64,000 nt of DNA from an uncultured Gammaproteobacteria bacterium (GCA_964645545.1 CAZXZR010000001.1:27526-91525); one strand, 5' to 3'; shown: positions 8,836 to 18,222, numbered from the stretch's first letter. The notes: generated from the letters alone by a model not told the origin. Made by a program: numbers and translations.

Positions 8836-10503
8836 TTAATTAATTATTCGCCCGCCGAATGTCTCTAAAAGTTTATTCATCAGGCCGTCGTCGTTAAGGC
8901 CGTCTTTTTCCGGCTTTTTTTCCTCAGCGCCGGACGCGGCGGCCGTGGTCGCTTGGCTGGCGGTCGCGGCGCTGTTTTTTTCTTCTTGCCGGATTTCCAA
9001 ATTCTCGTCCAAGGAGGAAACTAAAACTAAAGGCGAGCCAAAAACTTCACTTATGGCCGTTTCCACCAAATTTTTTAAGCTCGGGTCATGCAAACGGTCC
9101 TGATGAAATTTATATTTAAATAACAAATACAAACGGCTATCTTTTATCATTTGCGGCCGGCAATTTTGCAAAACAAAAGCTAAGGAATGGTTATATTTTT
9201 TCAGGCGCAGTAAGAATTCCGGCCATTTGCCCAAAATTTCCTCATGGCTAAAATTAATGGGAGCGCCCGGGGGCGGCGTTTTTTCGGCACCAGGCGCCTC
9301 TTTGGCCTTGGCGGCCGGCCGGTTTTTAGCCATCGGCGAGAAAAAAGTCCGGGAAGACGGCGCCGGCTTTAAAGATGAATCTTCTAAAGAATCCGTATAC
9401 ATTTTTTGTACAGAAAAGCATAATTCGCCAATGGCCAGCTCCAAGGGTAATTGGGCAATCAAAGGATTTTTGTTGTCGTTATAAGTTTCCAGAAAACGGC
9501 GCGTGAAAGAAAAAAGCTGTTCCCAATTAAGCTCAGCGGCGATCTCGCTCAAGCGCATTTCCAGGTTTTCGCCCCAATCCAAGCCTAAATTTTGCGCCAA
9601 GCTGGGGCTTAATTTATTTAAAATTATTTGCCTTAAAAGGCTAATGACTTCGCCGGTGAAATTCTTAATGTTAACCCCGCTCTCGGCTAAATTATTGACC
9701 AAAGCCACGGCTTTGGCCGCGTCCTTACGGCGCAGGTATGCCAATAAATCCACGGCCTCGTGGCTGTTATAGTGCGGAATGACCAATTCCGCCTGGGCTA
9801 AGGATATTTGTTTGTCGCCCAAGGAAAAAATTTGACCCAAAAGGCTTTCGGCGTCGCGCAAATGTCCGCCCGAACGCAAAGCCACTGCTTCCAAAACTTC
9901 TTTGTCAATAGCCACCTTTTCTTGAGCGGCGATAAAAGTTAATTTTTTGACGATTTCCACGATGCTGATGCGCTTGAAATCAAAACGTTCACAGCGGGAA
10001 ACAATGGTCGCCGGCACTTTATGGACTTCGGTCGTGCAGAGAATGAAAATGACGTGGGCCGGCGGCTCCTCAATGATCTTTAAAAGGGCGTTAAAAGCCG
10101 ACAAAGACAGCATGTGGACTTCGTCAATAATAAAAACCTTATACTTAGTGCTTGCCGGCGCCAGGCGCGAGGAAGCGATAATGTTGTCGCGAACGTTATC
10201 CACGCCGGTATTGCTGGCGGCGTCAATTTCCAAAACGTCCAAGTTCTTGCCGGCGATGATGCTTAGACAGCTCGGGCAGGCGTTGCAGGGCTCGTATTCT
10301 CCAGACCGCCGCTTCTCGCAATTGACGGCTTTGGCCAAAACGCGGGCTAAGGTCGTCTTGCCCACCGCCCGCGGGCCGCAAAATAAATAGGCCTGGGCGA
10401 TTTTGCCGCCGGCGACTTCGTTCTGTAAAGTTATTTTGATGTGATTCTGCCCTAAAATTTCCGAGAAATTCTGGGGGCGGTAATCACGGTATAAAGTAGC
10501 CAT
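8836..10503 (-). CDS. dnaX: DNA polymerase III subunit gamma/tau.
   Basis: Walker A GPRAVGKTT and a Cys-rich zinc motif CEKRRSGEYEPCNACPSC. AAA+ clamp-loader layout. Confidence 0.88.
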   Translation of the reverse strand: MATLYRDYRPQNFSEILGQNHIKITLQNEVAGGKIAQAYLFCGPRAVGKTTLARVLAKAVNCEKRRSGEYEPCNACPSCLSIIAGKNLDVLEIDAASNTGVDNVRDNIIASSRLAPASTKYKVFIIDEVHMLSLSAFNALLKIIEEPPAHVIFILCTTEVHKVPATIVSRCERFDFKRISIVEIVKKLTFIAAQEKVAIDKEVLEAVALRSGGHLRDAESLLGQIFSLGDKQISLAQAELVIPHYNSHEAVDLLAYLRRKDAAKAVALVNNLAESGVNIKNFTGEVISLLRQIILNKLSPSLAQNLGLDWGENLEMRLSEIAAELNWEQLFSFTRRFLETYNDNKNPLIAQLPLELAIGELCFSVQKMYTDSLEDSSLKPAPSSRTFFSPMAKNRPAAKAKEAPGAEKTPPPGAPINFSHEEILGKWPEFLLRLKKYNHSLAFVLQNCRPQMIKDSRLYLLFKYKFHQDRLHDPSLKNLVETAISEVFGSPLVLVSSLDENLEIRQEEKNSAATASQATTAAASGAEEKKPEKDGLNDDGLMNKLLETFGGRIIN

Positions 10504-10512
10504 AGAAAAATT

Positions 10513-12978
10513 TTAAGCGCCCACGGCCGTGCGCCGGTTTATTTCCGCTTCCACCAAGTGGACGTTCTGGCCATATTTCAAGCGGCTCAAAGACCGCGTC
10601 TTCTCGGCGATGCCTTCCCGCTTGGTGCCTAAAATCGGCCAAATCGTCTTTAAGGAAAAGGGCCTTAAAGCACTATTGTCCACCAATAATTTGATATAGG
10701 CGATGCCTTTGTCAATATTTATTAAATCGTATTCGTTAAAAACCGGAGCGAACTCCTTGACTAAGAACTCGGCATCTTCCGAGCCGACTTTAAAGGCCAC
10801 GAACGTGCCGACGTTGCCGAAAATGGCGTCTTTGATTTCCGTATTTTGGTTCTTGACCAGTTGGCCAATGTACTGATGGGCGATAATCAGGTTTAAGGCG
10901 TATTTTCTGGCTTCGGAAAGAATTTGACAAACGGAATTGGTGGTGAAATTTTGAAACTCGTCAATATAGAGATAAAAATCTTTGCGCGCTTCCTTGGACA
11001 AATCTGTGCGCGACAAAGCCGCCATTAAAATTTTGCCGACCAAAATCATGCCCAGAAGATAAGCGTTCATTTCCCCCACTAGACCTTTAGGCAAATTAAT
11101 TAAAAGAATTTTTTGCTGGTCCATTATTTCGCGCACGTTGAAGGCGCTTTTCTGCTGGCCGATAATCGGCCGCATCATGTCATTAGAAATGAAGGAGGTC
11201 AGCTTGGAGGTGATATAAGGGACGATATTGGCCAGGGCCGCTTCCCCGCCCGCTTTCTCCGCTTCCTTCCGCCAGAAGTCAACGACCGTCTGGTTCTTGC
11301 AGCGGCTTAATTTCAGGCGCCGGAACTCCTCGTCGGCCAAGACTTTGGGAATTTCCATCAAAGTGGAACCGGTTTCCGGATCGTCCATGACCAGGAGCAT
11401 GGCGTTTCTCATATATTGCTCAAACATCGGCCCGCCGGTCTGCTTTAAGTCATATAACTTGTCAAAGATGCCGATCATTTCGTTAATGACAAAGCTTTTT
11501 TGCTCGGGATAGCGCGGATCATATTCCAAAAGGTTTAAGGCCATGGGCCGCTCCGTGTCGGCGGGCGAGAAAATGACCACGTCTTCCGCGCGCTCGGGCG
11601 GCATACGATCCAAGATATCGGAAATCAAATCGCCGTGCGGATCCAAAACGCAAACGCCTTCCCCGTTCTGGATGTCCTGAATGGCCAAATTGGTCAAAAA
11701 CACGGACTTACCGGTACCGGATTTGCCGATAACGTAGGTGTGGCGGCGGCGGTCGGCGCGCTTCATGCGAATTTCCTTCTTGACCCCGCGATAGACGTTC
11801 TCGCCCAAACTGATACCCTCGCTCGGCACTTCGGCCGGCGCCGGGGCGCTTTTGGCCGTCAGCCAGAGGATATTGGGCGTTTCCGTGGTCTTCAAGGGCA
11901 AATGGAAAAGGCTAGCCAATTCCTCGCTATTCAATAAGAAAGCATTTTTTTCGCGGAAACGGCGATAAATGAAATCCTTAATGATCTGCTCGCCGTTTTT
12001 CTTACGGGCGCGGGAAAAAGTATTGCCGTAACTGAAATTATTATATTCAGAGAAGGCACTGGCGACGTTGTCCAAATAGACGTTGGCCTGGGCTTTTGCC
12101 GGCGCCGAGGCAATCAAGCGCAAATTGACATCCAAGCCGGCTTTGAGATTTTTTTCTTCCACCTGTTTGACGATTTCCTCTTCCACAGCGCTTAAACGCG
12201 GCATTTCCTGGGGAGCGGCCGGATTTTTCGAGGCCGGCTTGCTCTTGAAGGCGGCTTTGAAAGCGGGAAATAAAGCGCCGGCCTTCAAGCCCGCGGCCAC
12301 GGAATTTTTCTTATGGATTTCCCTGACCACGCGCCGCACCCGGCCGTGCCAGGAACCGCGCGCGCTCCGAACCGTGTATTGTATGGCCAGACTTTCGTCC
12401 TTGTCCAATTTGGACAAGGCGTTGACCAAAGAATTCATAGGATCCACTTCCAATTGCCGGTAGGTTTTCAAGGGGAAAATATAACTTTTATTGGTTTTTA
12501 AATAGGCGGCCGCGATTTGGCTTTTCGCGTTGAAAACGTTATAATCCTCCACTTCTTCAATAACCGCTTCTGGATAATGGGCGTGAATCTGCTGTTCCAA
12601 ATAGCGGGAAGATGGCGTCGGGCAAACGACATAAAAAGCGATACGGTTATGACTGGCCACGATTTCCAAAGAAAAATGATCGTCACGTCCCAAAAGCCAG
12701 GCAACAAAGCCCTTTTGCGCCTTCAAACCGCCAATGGCGGCAAACAGGGTTTCACCCTTGGCCATTTCCTCTTTTAATTGCTGTTCCGAAGCCTGGCCTT
12801 TCTGGTCTTCCGGTTTTTCCTTGGGCAGGCGGACCAAAAAGACCTGCTGTGAAGTTAGATGCCGGTTTTTTAAAAAAAGCCGCAAGCGATAAAGAAGCGC
12901 GAAAACGACCAAAAGGGTCGCTACCGGCACCAGTAAGTAGGGCAAAAGCTGGACCGGGCTAAAATTTAAATTTTCCAT
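10513..12978 (-). CDS. Membrane-anchored P-loop ATPase of the DUF87/VirB4-VirD4/HerA-FtsK class (type IV secretion-like). It has an N-terminal extracytoplasmic domain. The start is probably the ATG at 12978; the ORF track alternative is 13077.
   Basis: Walker A VIGKSGTGKSV and Walker B LYIDEFQNF. N-terminal TM segment. The N-terminal domain (FSLEIVASHN...YPEAVIEEVEDYN...YIFPLKTY) is homologous to the 53508..54980 protein. Confidence 0.7.
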   Translation of the reverse strand: MENLNFSPVQLLPYLLVPVATLLVVFALLYRLRLFLKNRHLTSQQVFLVRLPKEKPEDQKGQASEQQLKEEMAKGETLFAAIGGLKAQKGFVAWLLGRDDHFSLEIVASHNRIAFYVVCPTPSSRYLEQQIHAHYPEAVIEEVEDYNVFNAKSQIAAAYLKTNKSYIFPLKTYRQLEVDPMNSLVNALSKLDKDESLAIQYTVRSARGSWHGRVRRVVREIHKKNSVAAGLKAGALFPAFKAAFKSKPASKNPAAPQEMPRLSAVEEEIVKQVEEKNLKAGLDVNLRLIASAPAKAQANVYLDNVASAFSEYNNFSYGNTFSRARKKNGEQIIKDFIYRRFREKNAFLLNSEELASLFHLPLKTTETPNILWLTAKSAPAPAEVPSEGISLGENVYRGVKKEIRMKRADRRRHTYVIGKSGTGKSVFLTNLAIQDIQNGEGVCVLDPHGDLISDILDRMPPERAEDVVIFSPADTERPMALNLLEYDPRYPEQKSFVINEMIGIFDKLYDLKQTGGPMFEQYMRNAMLLVMDDPETGSTLMEIPKVLADEEFRRLKLSRCKNQTVVDFWRKEAEKAGGEAALANIVPYITSKLTSFISNDMMRPIIGQQKSAFNVREIMDQQKILLINLPKGLVGEMNAYLLGMILVGKILMAALSRTDLSKEARKDFYLYIDEFQNFTTNSVCQILSEARKYALNLIIAHQYIGQLVKNQNTEIKDAIFGNVGTFVAFKVGSEDAEFLVKEFAPVFNEYDLINIDKGIAYIKLLVDNSALRPFSLKTIWPILGTKREGIAEKTRSLSRLKYGQNVHLVEAEINRRTAVGA

Positions 12979-12980
12979 AT

Positions 12981-13463
12981 CTAAACTTTGTCTCTTATCT
13001 TCATTATCCGGTCGGCCTTGATTTTCGCTTCCTGTTCTAAGAAAAAGCGGTTCACGCCTGGCAAAAGTCTTAACCATTTCTTGATTAGGTCAATAATTTT
13101 TTTCACTTTCACCTTGGCCTTGTTTAATAAAGCGTTAATCTTAGTCACCATTTCTTCGCCTTTGGCTTTGAAGACTTTTTGCTCTTCCGGTTTCAAGCGC
13201 AAAAAGACCTCGTTCAAACCTTCGGCCAAAATCGCGTCTATGGCCGCGGCTCGACGCTGTTGGAAAGTCTGGGTTTGGATTCCAGCTTTCACCCCGCCTT
13301 CCCCAGTCTTCTCCAAAGGCTGGGCCGTTTCCGCGGCCTTTTCCGGTATCGCTGCCTCCGGGCCTTCATTCCTGGCTTCCGGGAGTTCCGGCTTGGCTTC
13401 TTTTTCCGGCTGGCCGCCCTCTTCCGGGCGGGGCAATTTTTCTCCGATTTTTTCCGCGGGCAT
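12981..13463 (-). CDS. Hypothetical protein with a Pro/Glu/Lys-rich low-complexity N-terminus.
   Basis: Tightly packed: 5 nt after the ferredoxin gene and 2 nt before the ATPase start. Codon usage resembles neighbours. Confidence 0.5.
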   Translation of the reverse strand: MPAEKIGEKLPRPEEGGQPEKEAKPELPEARNEGPEAAIPEKAAETAQPLEKTGEGGVKAGIQTQTFQQRRAAAIDAILAEGLNEVFLRLKPEEQKVFKAKGEEMVTKINALLNKAKVKVKKIIDLIKKWLRLLPGVNRFFLEQEAKIKADRIMKIRDKV

Positions 13464-13467
13464 ATGG

Positions 13468-13653
13468 TTATTTTTTCTCTTTTTTCAGGCTGATCGCCCC
13501 TACCGGACAACTGGCTATGGCTTCCTTGACGCAAGGCAGGGCTTTGTCGTTAATGACCTGCGACTTGCCTTTGGCGTTAAGCCGAAAAACTCGGGGACAT
13601 AAGCTTTGACATAAGCCACAACCGATGCACTTGTTCTGGTCCACTTTTATCAT
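13468..13653 (-). CDS. Small 4Fe-4S ferredoxin.
   Basis: CIGCGLCQSLCP plus a second CP motif. 61 aa. Confidence 0.75.
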   Translation of the reverse strand: MIKVDQNKCIGCGLCQSLCPRVFRLNAKGKSQVINDKALPCVKEAIASCPVGAISLKKEKK

Positions 13654-13779
13654 AAAAGCTTTATTAATTTTCCCTTAATTTTTATGTTTTTATTATAGCA
13701 TATTTTAAAAAAAATGAAATCCGCATCCTTCTCCTAAAATCCGGTAATTATATGCTGACTAAAAACAGCTAAACAAATC

Positions 13780-13818
13780 TTGACAAGTCTTGACAAGTTA
13801 AAATTCTTTTGTTATATT
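13780..13818 (+). promoter_or_regulatory. Sigma70-type promoter for rpmA with a duplicated -35 (cTTGACAagt cTTGACAagt), a 17-nt spacer and TATATT as -10.
   Basis: TTGACA at 13780-13785 and 13790-13795. TATATT at 13813-13818. Confidence 0.6.
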
Positions 13819-13850
13819 TAAAAAATAAAAGTCAATAAAAGTAAAATAAA

Positions 13851-13876
13851 AATGCCAGTTCGCAAAGGCTGGCATT
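13851..13876 (+). promoter_or_regulatory. 8-bp stem-loop in the rpmA 5' leader (AATGCCAG-ttcgcaaagg-CTGGCATT).
   Basis: Seen directly. It lies between the predicted transcription start and the rpmA start codon. Confidence 0.4.
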
Positions 13877-13894
13877 TCTAAAAACGAAACCAAT

Positions 13895-14233
13895 ATGGCA
13901 CACAAGAAAGCGGCCGGTTCAACTTCGTTGGGCCGCGAATCGGAAAGCAAGCGCCTGGGCGTGAAATTGAGCGACGGCCAATGGGCCAAGGCTGGCGCCA
14001 TTATTATCCGCCAACGCGGCACCAAATACCATCCCGGCCAAAACGTGAAACGCGGCGGTGACGACACCCTTTTCGCCACCAGCAGCGGTTTCGTCAAATT
14101 TAACCAGAAACGCTTAAGAAAATATGACAACTCCCTGAAGGCGGCGACTATGGTCAGCGTGCTCGTAAAAACGGCGGAGAAAACGTTGGTGGCGGGAAAA
14201 ACGGCAACGGCGGGAACAAACAGGGAAAAATAA
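13895..14233 (+). CDS. rpmA: 50S ribosomal protein L27 with a C-terminal extension of about 25 aa.
   Basis: [24 protein letters not shown]...[16 protein letters not shown] matches the L27 consensus. 112 aa against the usual ~85. Confidence 0.88.
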   Translation: MAHKKAAGSTSLGRESESKRLGVKLSDGQWAKAGAIIIRQRGTKYHPGQNVKRGGDDTLFATSSGFVKFNQKRLRKYDNSLKAATMVSVLVKTAEKTLVAGKTATAGTNREK

Positions 14234-14261
14234 AACCGGCAAGGATAAATTTAAAGATAGG

Positions 14262-14296
14262 AAAAAAGGCCTCGAAATAATCGCGGCCTTTTTGGG
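14262..14296. terminator. Bidirectional intrinsic terminator.
   Basis: AAAAAGGCC-13 nt-GGCCTTTTT. Confidence 0.6.
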
Positions 14297-14310
14297 AGTC
14301 TAGTGTGTGC

Positions 14311-14568
14311 TTAGTGATGGGAATTGGTGAAATCGTTTACGATACCTGCCAGAAAGGCAATGAATAATGAGAAGCATATAGCTCCACTAATGATCATTTT
14401 CCACATATCGTGGGAGCCTCTCGCCCATCCACTGGTGTAATTCGCAGCAAAGCCAGCGAATAGAAAGATGGATAAGACGAATGCAACCATCCCGATAAAA
14501 CGGATTATAGGGCTGATCACTTTGATCACTTCCCATACTTTCACTAAAGCAACTTTACACTTTGGCAT
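14311..14568 (-). CDS. Small (85 aa) two-TM membrane protein. The gene is low-GC and flanked by AT-rich DNA and terminators.
   Basis: Two hydrophobic helices. Noticeably lower GC than neighbouring genes. Confidence 0.45.
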   Translation of the reverse strand: MPKCKVALVKVWEVIKVISPIIRFIGMVAFVLSIFLFAGFAANYTSGWARGSHDMWKMIISGAICFSLFIAFLAGIVNDFTNSHH

Positions 14569-14663
14569 TTTTCCTCCTTTTTTAAATGAACTGTATATAT
14601 TATATCATATTTTTATTCTAATGTCAATAAAAAATTGATACTAAAAATTAGCCAAATTAGAGG

Positions 14664-14699
14664 ATAAAAAACCTACCTCCAGCTGGGGTAGATTTTTTA
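14664..14699. terminator. Intrinsic terminator downstream of pyrG; it forms on both strands.
   Basis: CTACCTCCAG-CTGGGGTAG hairpin flanked by an A-run and a T-run. Confidence 0.6.
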
Positions 14700-14729
14700 T
14701 ATCTTAATTCTATTTTACTAGCCCTCGTC

Positions 14730-16466
14730 CTATTTCTTTCCCCTTCTCTCCTTGCATACCCGGACAAATTCCACGAACAGGGGGTGGGGATTGAGCGGCC
14801 GGGAAATGTATTCCGGATGGAACTGGGTGCCGATGAAGAAAGGGTGGTCGGTGATTTCTATCGCTTCCACGATCTTGCCGTCCGGTGAAGTCCCGGCCAC
14901 GGTCAGACCTAATTTTTCAAACTTGGTCCGGTAATCGTTATTGAACTCATAGCGATGGCGGTGGCGCTCGGAAACGGTTTTGGGCGCGCCGAGTCTCTCA
15001 TAGGCGCGGGCCAGATGCGTGTTCGGCTTTATCTTGCAGGGCCAGCCGCCCAAACGAATGGTGCCACCGTAGCCTTTTTCTTTAATCAGCTTCTCCTGGC
15101 CGGGCATGATGTGGATGACCGGATGCTTAGTCTGGGAATTGACCTCCGAGGAATTGGCGTTCTTGAACCTGGCGACGTCGCGGGCGAACTCAATCACGGC
15201 CATTTGCATGCCGTAGCAAAGGCCGAAATACGGGACCTTATTCTCGCGGCAGTATTTGATGGTCTTGATCTTCCCTTCGGCCCCGCGACCGCCCCAGCCT
15301 TGGGGGACGATCAGGCCGTCCAAACCCTTCAGCATTTCCTGGCCTTTCTTATCCACTTCTTCAGCATTCAGCCAGTGGATTTTTGCCCGGCATTTATTAG
15401 AAGCGGCGGCGTGTTTGATCGCCTCGATGACGGAGATATATGAGTCGCCCAAAGAAAAGTCGCCGGTGGCGAAATACTTGCCGACAATACCGATGTTGAC
15501 CACGGGCTCTTTGGCTTTGGAGGCGGTCACCATTTTCTTCCAGGCACGATTATCGCCTTTTATAGTTAAAGGTAAATCGAATTTTTCCAGAAGGCGACGG
15601 CTTAAATGGCCTTTTTCAAAATTCAAAGGAATATCGTAAATAGAATCCACGTCCGGCGCGGAAATGACATTTTCAATGGGCACGTTACAGTTAACCGAGA
15701 GTTTTTCTTTGCGGCACATATCTATCGGCTTTTCGCTTCTGGCGACCATAAAGTCAGGCTGAATACCGGCGCCTTGCAAACTACGGACGGCGTGCTGGGT
15801 CGGTTTGGTTTTCATTTCTCCGATCTTGTTAGGAATGGGCAAATAGGAAACGATGACAAACAAGACGTCCTTGGGATGATAGAGTTTCATGACTCTGGCC
15901 GCTTCCAAGAAAAGCAGGTTTTCGTATTCGCCGACCGTGCCCCCGATTTCAATAATCATGATTTCCGCTTTGGTTTTCTTGACCGCCTTTTCTATTCGGT
16001 CCCTGATCTCCTGTGGTATGTGCGGCACGACTTGGACGCATTTGCCCTTGTAGCCTAAATTGCGCTCGCGTTCAATGACCGTCTGATAAACGCGGCCGGT
16101 GGTCAGATAATTTTCGCGGTAGATGTTCTTGCCCAAGAAACGTTCGTAATTGCCGATGTCCTGGTCGGTTTCGTCGCCATCTTCAGTGACGAAGACTTCC
16201 CCGTGCTCAATCGGGTTCATAGTGCCGGCGTCCACGTTGATGTAAGGGTCCATTTTAATGGCGCTGACATTATAGCCGCGAGCCTGGAGAATTTGGCCAA
16301 TGGAGGCGGTAGTCACACCTTTACCGACGCCACTCATCACGCCGCCGACGACGAATATGTATTTGGTGGGAAATTTTTTCTTCCTTAGAGGCGGCGCGGC
16401 GGCCGGAGTTCTTTTCGCCTCTTTTTTAAGGGCTTTCTGGCTGACGCGTTTGGATTTGGCGGGCAT
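14730..16466 (-). CDS. pyrG: CTP synthase with a Lys-rich N-terminal extension of about 40 aa. The start is probably MPAKSK at 16466; the ORF track extends to 16562 through AT-rich sequence.
   Basis: KYIFVVGGVMSGVGKGVTTASIG is the CTP synthase N-terminal signature. The C-terminal glutamine amidotransferase domain (GLCYGMQ) is present. Confidence 0.88.
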   Translation of the reverse strand: MPAKSKRVSQKALKKEAKRTPAAAPPLRKKKFPTKYIFVVGGVMSGVGKGVTTASIGQILQARGYNVSAIKMDPYINVDAGTMNPIEHGEVFVTEDGDETDQDIGNYERFLGKNIYRENYLTTGRVYQTVIERERNLGYKGKCVQVVPHIPQEIRDRIEKAVKKTKAEIMIIEIGGTVGEYENLLFLEAARVMKLYHPKDVLFVIVSYLPIPNKIGEMKTKPTQHAVRSLQGAGIQPDFMVARSEKPIDMCRKEKLSVNCNVPIENVISAPDVDSIYDIPLNFEKGHLSRRLLEKFDLPLTIKGDNRAWKKMVTASKAKEPVVNIGIVGKYFATGDFSLGDSYISVIEAIKHAAASNKCRAKIHWLNAEEVDKKGQEMLKGLDGLIVPQGWGGRGAEGKIKTIKYCRENKVPYFGLCYGMQMAVIEFARDVARFKNANSSEVNSQTKHPVIHIMPGQEKLIKEKGYGGTIRLGGWPCKIKPNTHLARAYERLGAPKTVSERHRHRYEFNNDYRTKFEKLGLTVAGTSPDGKIVEAIEITDHPFFIGTQFHPEYISRPLNPHPLFVEFVRVCKERRGKK

Positions 16467-16562
16467 AAATATTGACTTAAAAAATTTAATATGGTAATAT
16501 ATTAAAAGCTCTTTAATATTAGCCTTAATTAACAAAATTATTAACCAAAAAGGGAGGAACAA

Positions 16563-16895
16563 ATGGAATTTCAGTACATTATTGTTAAAAACAGTACACC
16601 AAAGCGTTACTGTTTGCTAGCTATAAGTGGAAACTTAGCAGAAACAATTATTCGCGAAGATGGCTTGACCAATTTAAAGAATGAGTGCCTAAGCCACGAT
16701 CGCGGCGGACAATTCTTGGCGGCGGCGCTAACGATAAAGCCGGAGGACCTGGCGCAACTGAAAATAGTGCTTAGCACCGGTGAAACGGTACCGGCGCCTT
16801 TTGCCCCGCTAACGCGAAAAGAAATTTATTGCCTGCGCTACTTAAAACACCAGGTCAAAAAAGAACTGGAACTCCGCCGGCAAGCGGCCGCCTAA
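16563..16895 (+). CDS. Hypothetical 110-aa protein.
   Basis: Strong SD AAAGGGAGG 6 nt upstream of the ATG. A clean intrinsic terminator follows. Confidence 0.55.
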   Translation: MEFQYIIVKNSTPKRYCLLAISGNLAETIIREDGLTNLKNECLSHDRGGQFLAAALTIKPEDLAQLKIVLSTGETVPAPFAPLTRKEIYCLRYLKHQVKKELELRRQAAA

Positions 16896-16916
16896 GCAAT
16901 CAGGAAAGGCGCAAGC

Positions 16917-16946
16917 GAGGGTATTTCCCCAATACCCTCTTTTTTA
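16917..16946 (+). terminator. Intrinsic terminator.
   Basis: GAGGGTAT-ttcccca-ATACCCTC followed by TTTTTTT. Confidence 0.7.
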
Positions 16947-16974
16947 TCTCTATATTCTCTATTCTCTCCACTTT

Positions 16975-18222
16975 TTATTTCTTCCCGGTCGTCAGGATCT
17001 TGACAGCCTCGTCCAGTTGCGGATCCAGATTCTTGTTTACGTCGTCGGCCGTCAAATTTACGGCCACATCCGGCTTAATGCCCTTATCGTTAATGTAATC
17101 ACCGGCCGGGGTTAACCAGCTAGCCACGGTAACTTTCAAGGCCGAGCCGTCGCTGAAGTCGTCCAAACTCTGCACCGTGCCCTTGCCGAAAGTCGTCTCG
17201 CCCACCAAAGTCGCTTTCTTGTAATCCCTTAAGGCGCCGGCCAAAATCTCCGCCGCGGAAGCACTGCCGCCGTTTATCAGGACCACGGTCGGGAAATCTT
17301 CCAGGCGCGCCCGGCCGTTGGCGGGATATTCGTTTCTGCGATTACCGGATAATTGTTCGGCCACCACCGGCCCGGCCGGAATCCATTCGCTGGCCATGGC
17401 CACGGCCGTGTCCAAATAACCGCCCGGGTTATTGCGCAAATCTAAAATGATGCTTTTGGCGTTTTTAGTCAAAGCCAAATTAACGGCCTGATTGAATAAA
17501 TCTTCGGTATCGTTATTGAAACCGCTTATTCTAATGACTAAAATCCCGTCGGCGCGCATTTCCGTGGTCAGGCTTTTAACCACAATGACGTCTCTGGTGA
17601 TCGTGTAATCTTTAGGTTTTTCCTGACCACGAACAATGCTTAAAGTCACGCTCGTGCCTTTATCGCCACGGATTAATTTCACGGCTTCATCCACACTCAT
17701 ACCGGCGGTGGATTGACCGTCAATGGCGTAAATTTGGTCGCCGGCCATCAGTCCGGCTTTTTGCGCCGGCGTGCCGTCCAAAGGCGCAATAATGGTGATG
17801 ATGTCATTTCTAATGCCGACTTCGGCGCCAATACCCTCAAAAGTGCCGTTCAAATCGCTGACGAATTGCTCGGCTTCACTAGGATCCATAAAAACCGTGT
17901 AGGGATCGCCGGTCGCTTCGGCCATACCCTTTAAGGAGCCATAAAACAGGGCGCTATCCGTCACTTGGCTCTTATTTAGATAATCAGTCTGCAAAGCGTC
18001 CCAAACCTGCCAATAAAGACTAGGATCCAGTTGGGCGCTGTCAGCCGCGTTCACCTGATTGGCGGCCGAATAGGCGATTTCTTTAGGATTGAAAGCGCCG
18101 GCCGCCTGACCCTTGCGGCCGGTAAAGAAACCGATTGTGAAAGTACCGGCCAAAACGAGGGCGATTAAGACAATAACACTGATTTTCTTAAATTTATTTA
18201 TCCGCATATATTTTATATTCAT
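16975..18222 (-). CDS. ctpA: Carboxy-terminal processing (S41) peptidase with a PDZ domain.
   Basis: PDZ region GDQIYAIDGQSTAGMSVDEAVKLIRG. S41 core LINGGSASAAEILAGAL and TFGKGTVQ. Confidence 0.85.
   Translation of the reverse strand: MNIKYMRINKFKKISVIVLIALVLAGTFTIGFFTGRKGQAAGAFNPKEIAYSAANQVNAADSAQLDPSLYWQVWDALQTDYLNKSQVTDSALFYGSLKGMAEATGDPYTVFMDPSEAEQFVSDLNGTFEGIGAEVGIRNDIITIIAPLDGTPAQKAGLMAGDQIYAIDGQSTAGMSVDEAVKLIRGDKGTSVTLSIVRGQEKPKDYTITRDVIVVKSLTTEMRADGILVIRISGFNNDTEDLFNQAVNLALTKNAKSIILDLRNNPGGYLDTAVAMASEWIPAGPVVAEQLSGNRRNEYPANGRARLEDFPTVVLINGGSASAAEILAGALRDYKKATLVGETTFGKGTVQSLDDFSDGSALKVTVASWLTPAGDYINDKGIKPDVAVNLTADDVNKNLDPQLDEAVKILTTGKK

Noticed and set aside
13798-14130. 110-aa minus-strand ORF overlapping the rpmA promoter and CDS
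   Set aside because: It is antisense to a universally conserved ribosomal protein gene and starts inside the AT-rich promoter.
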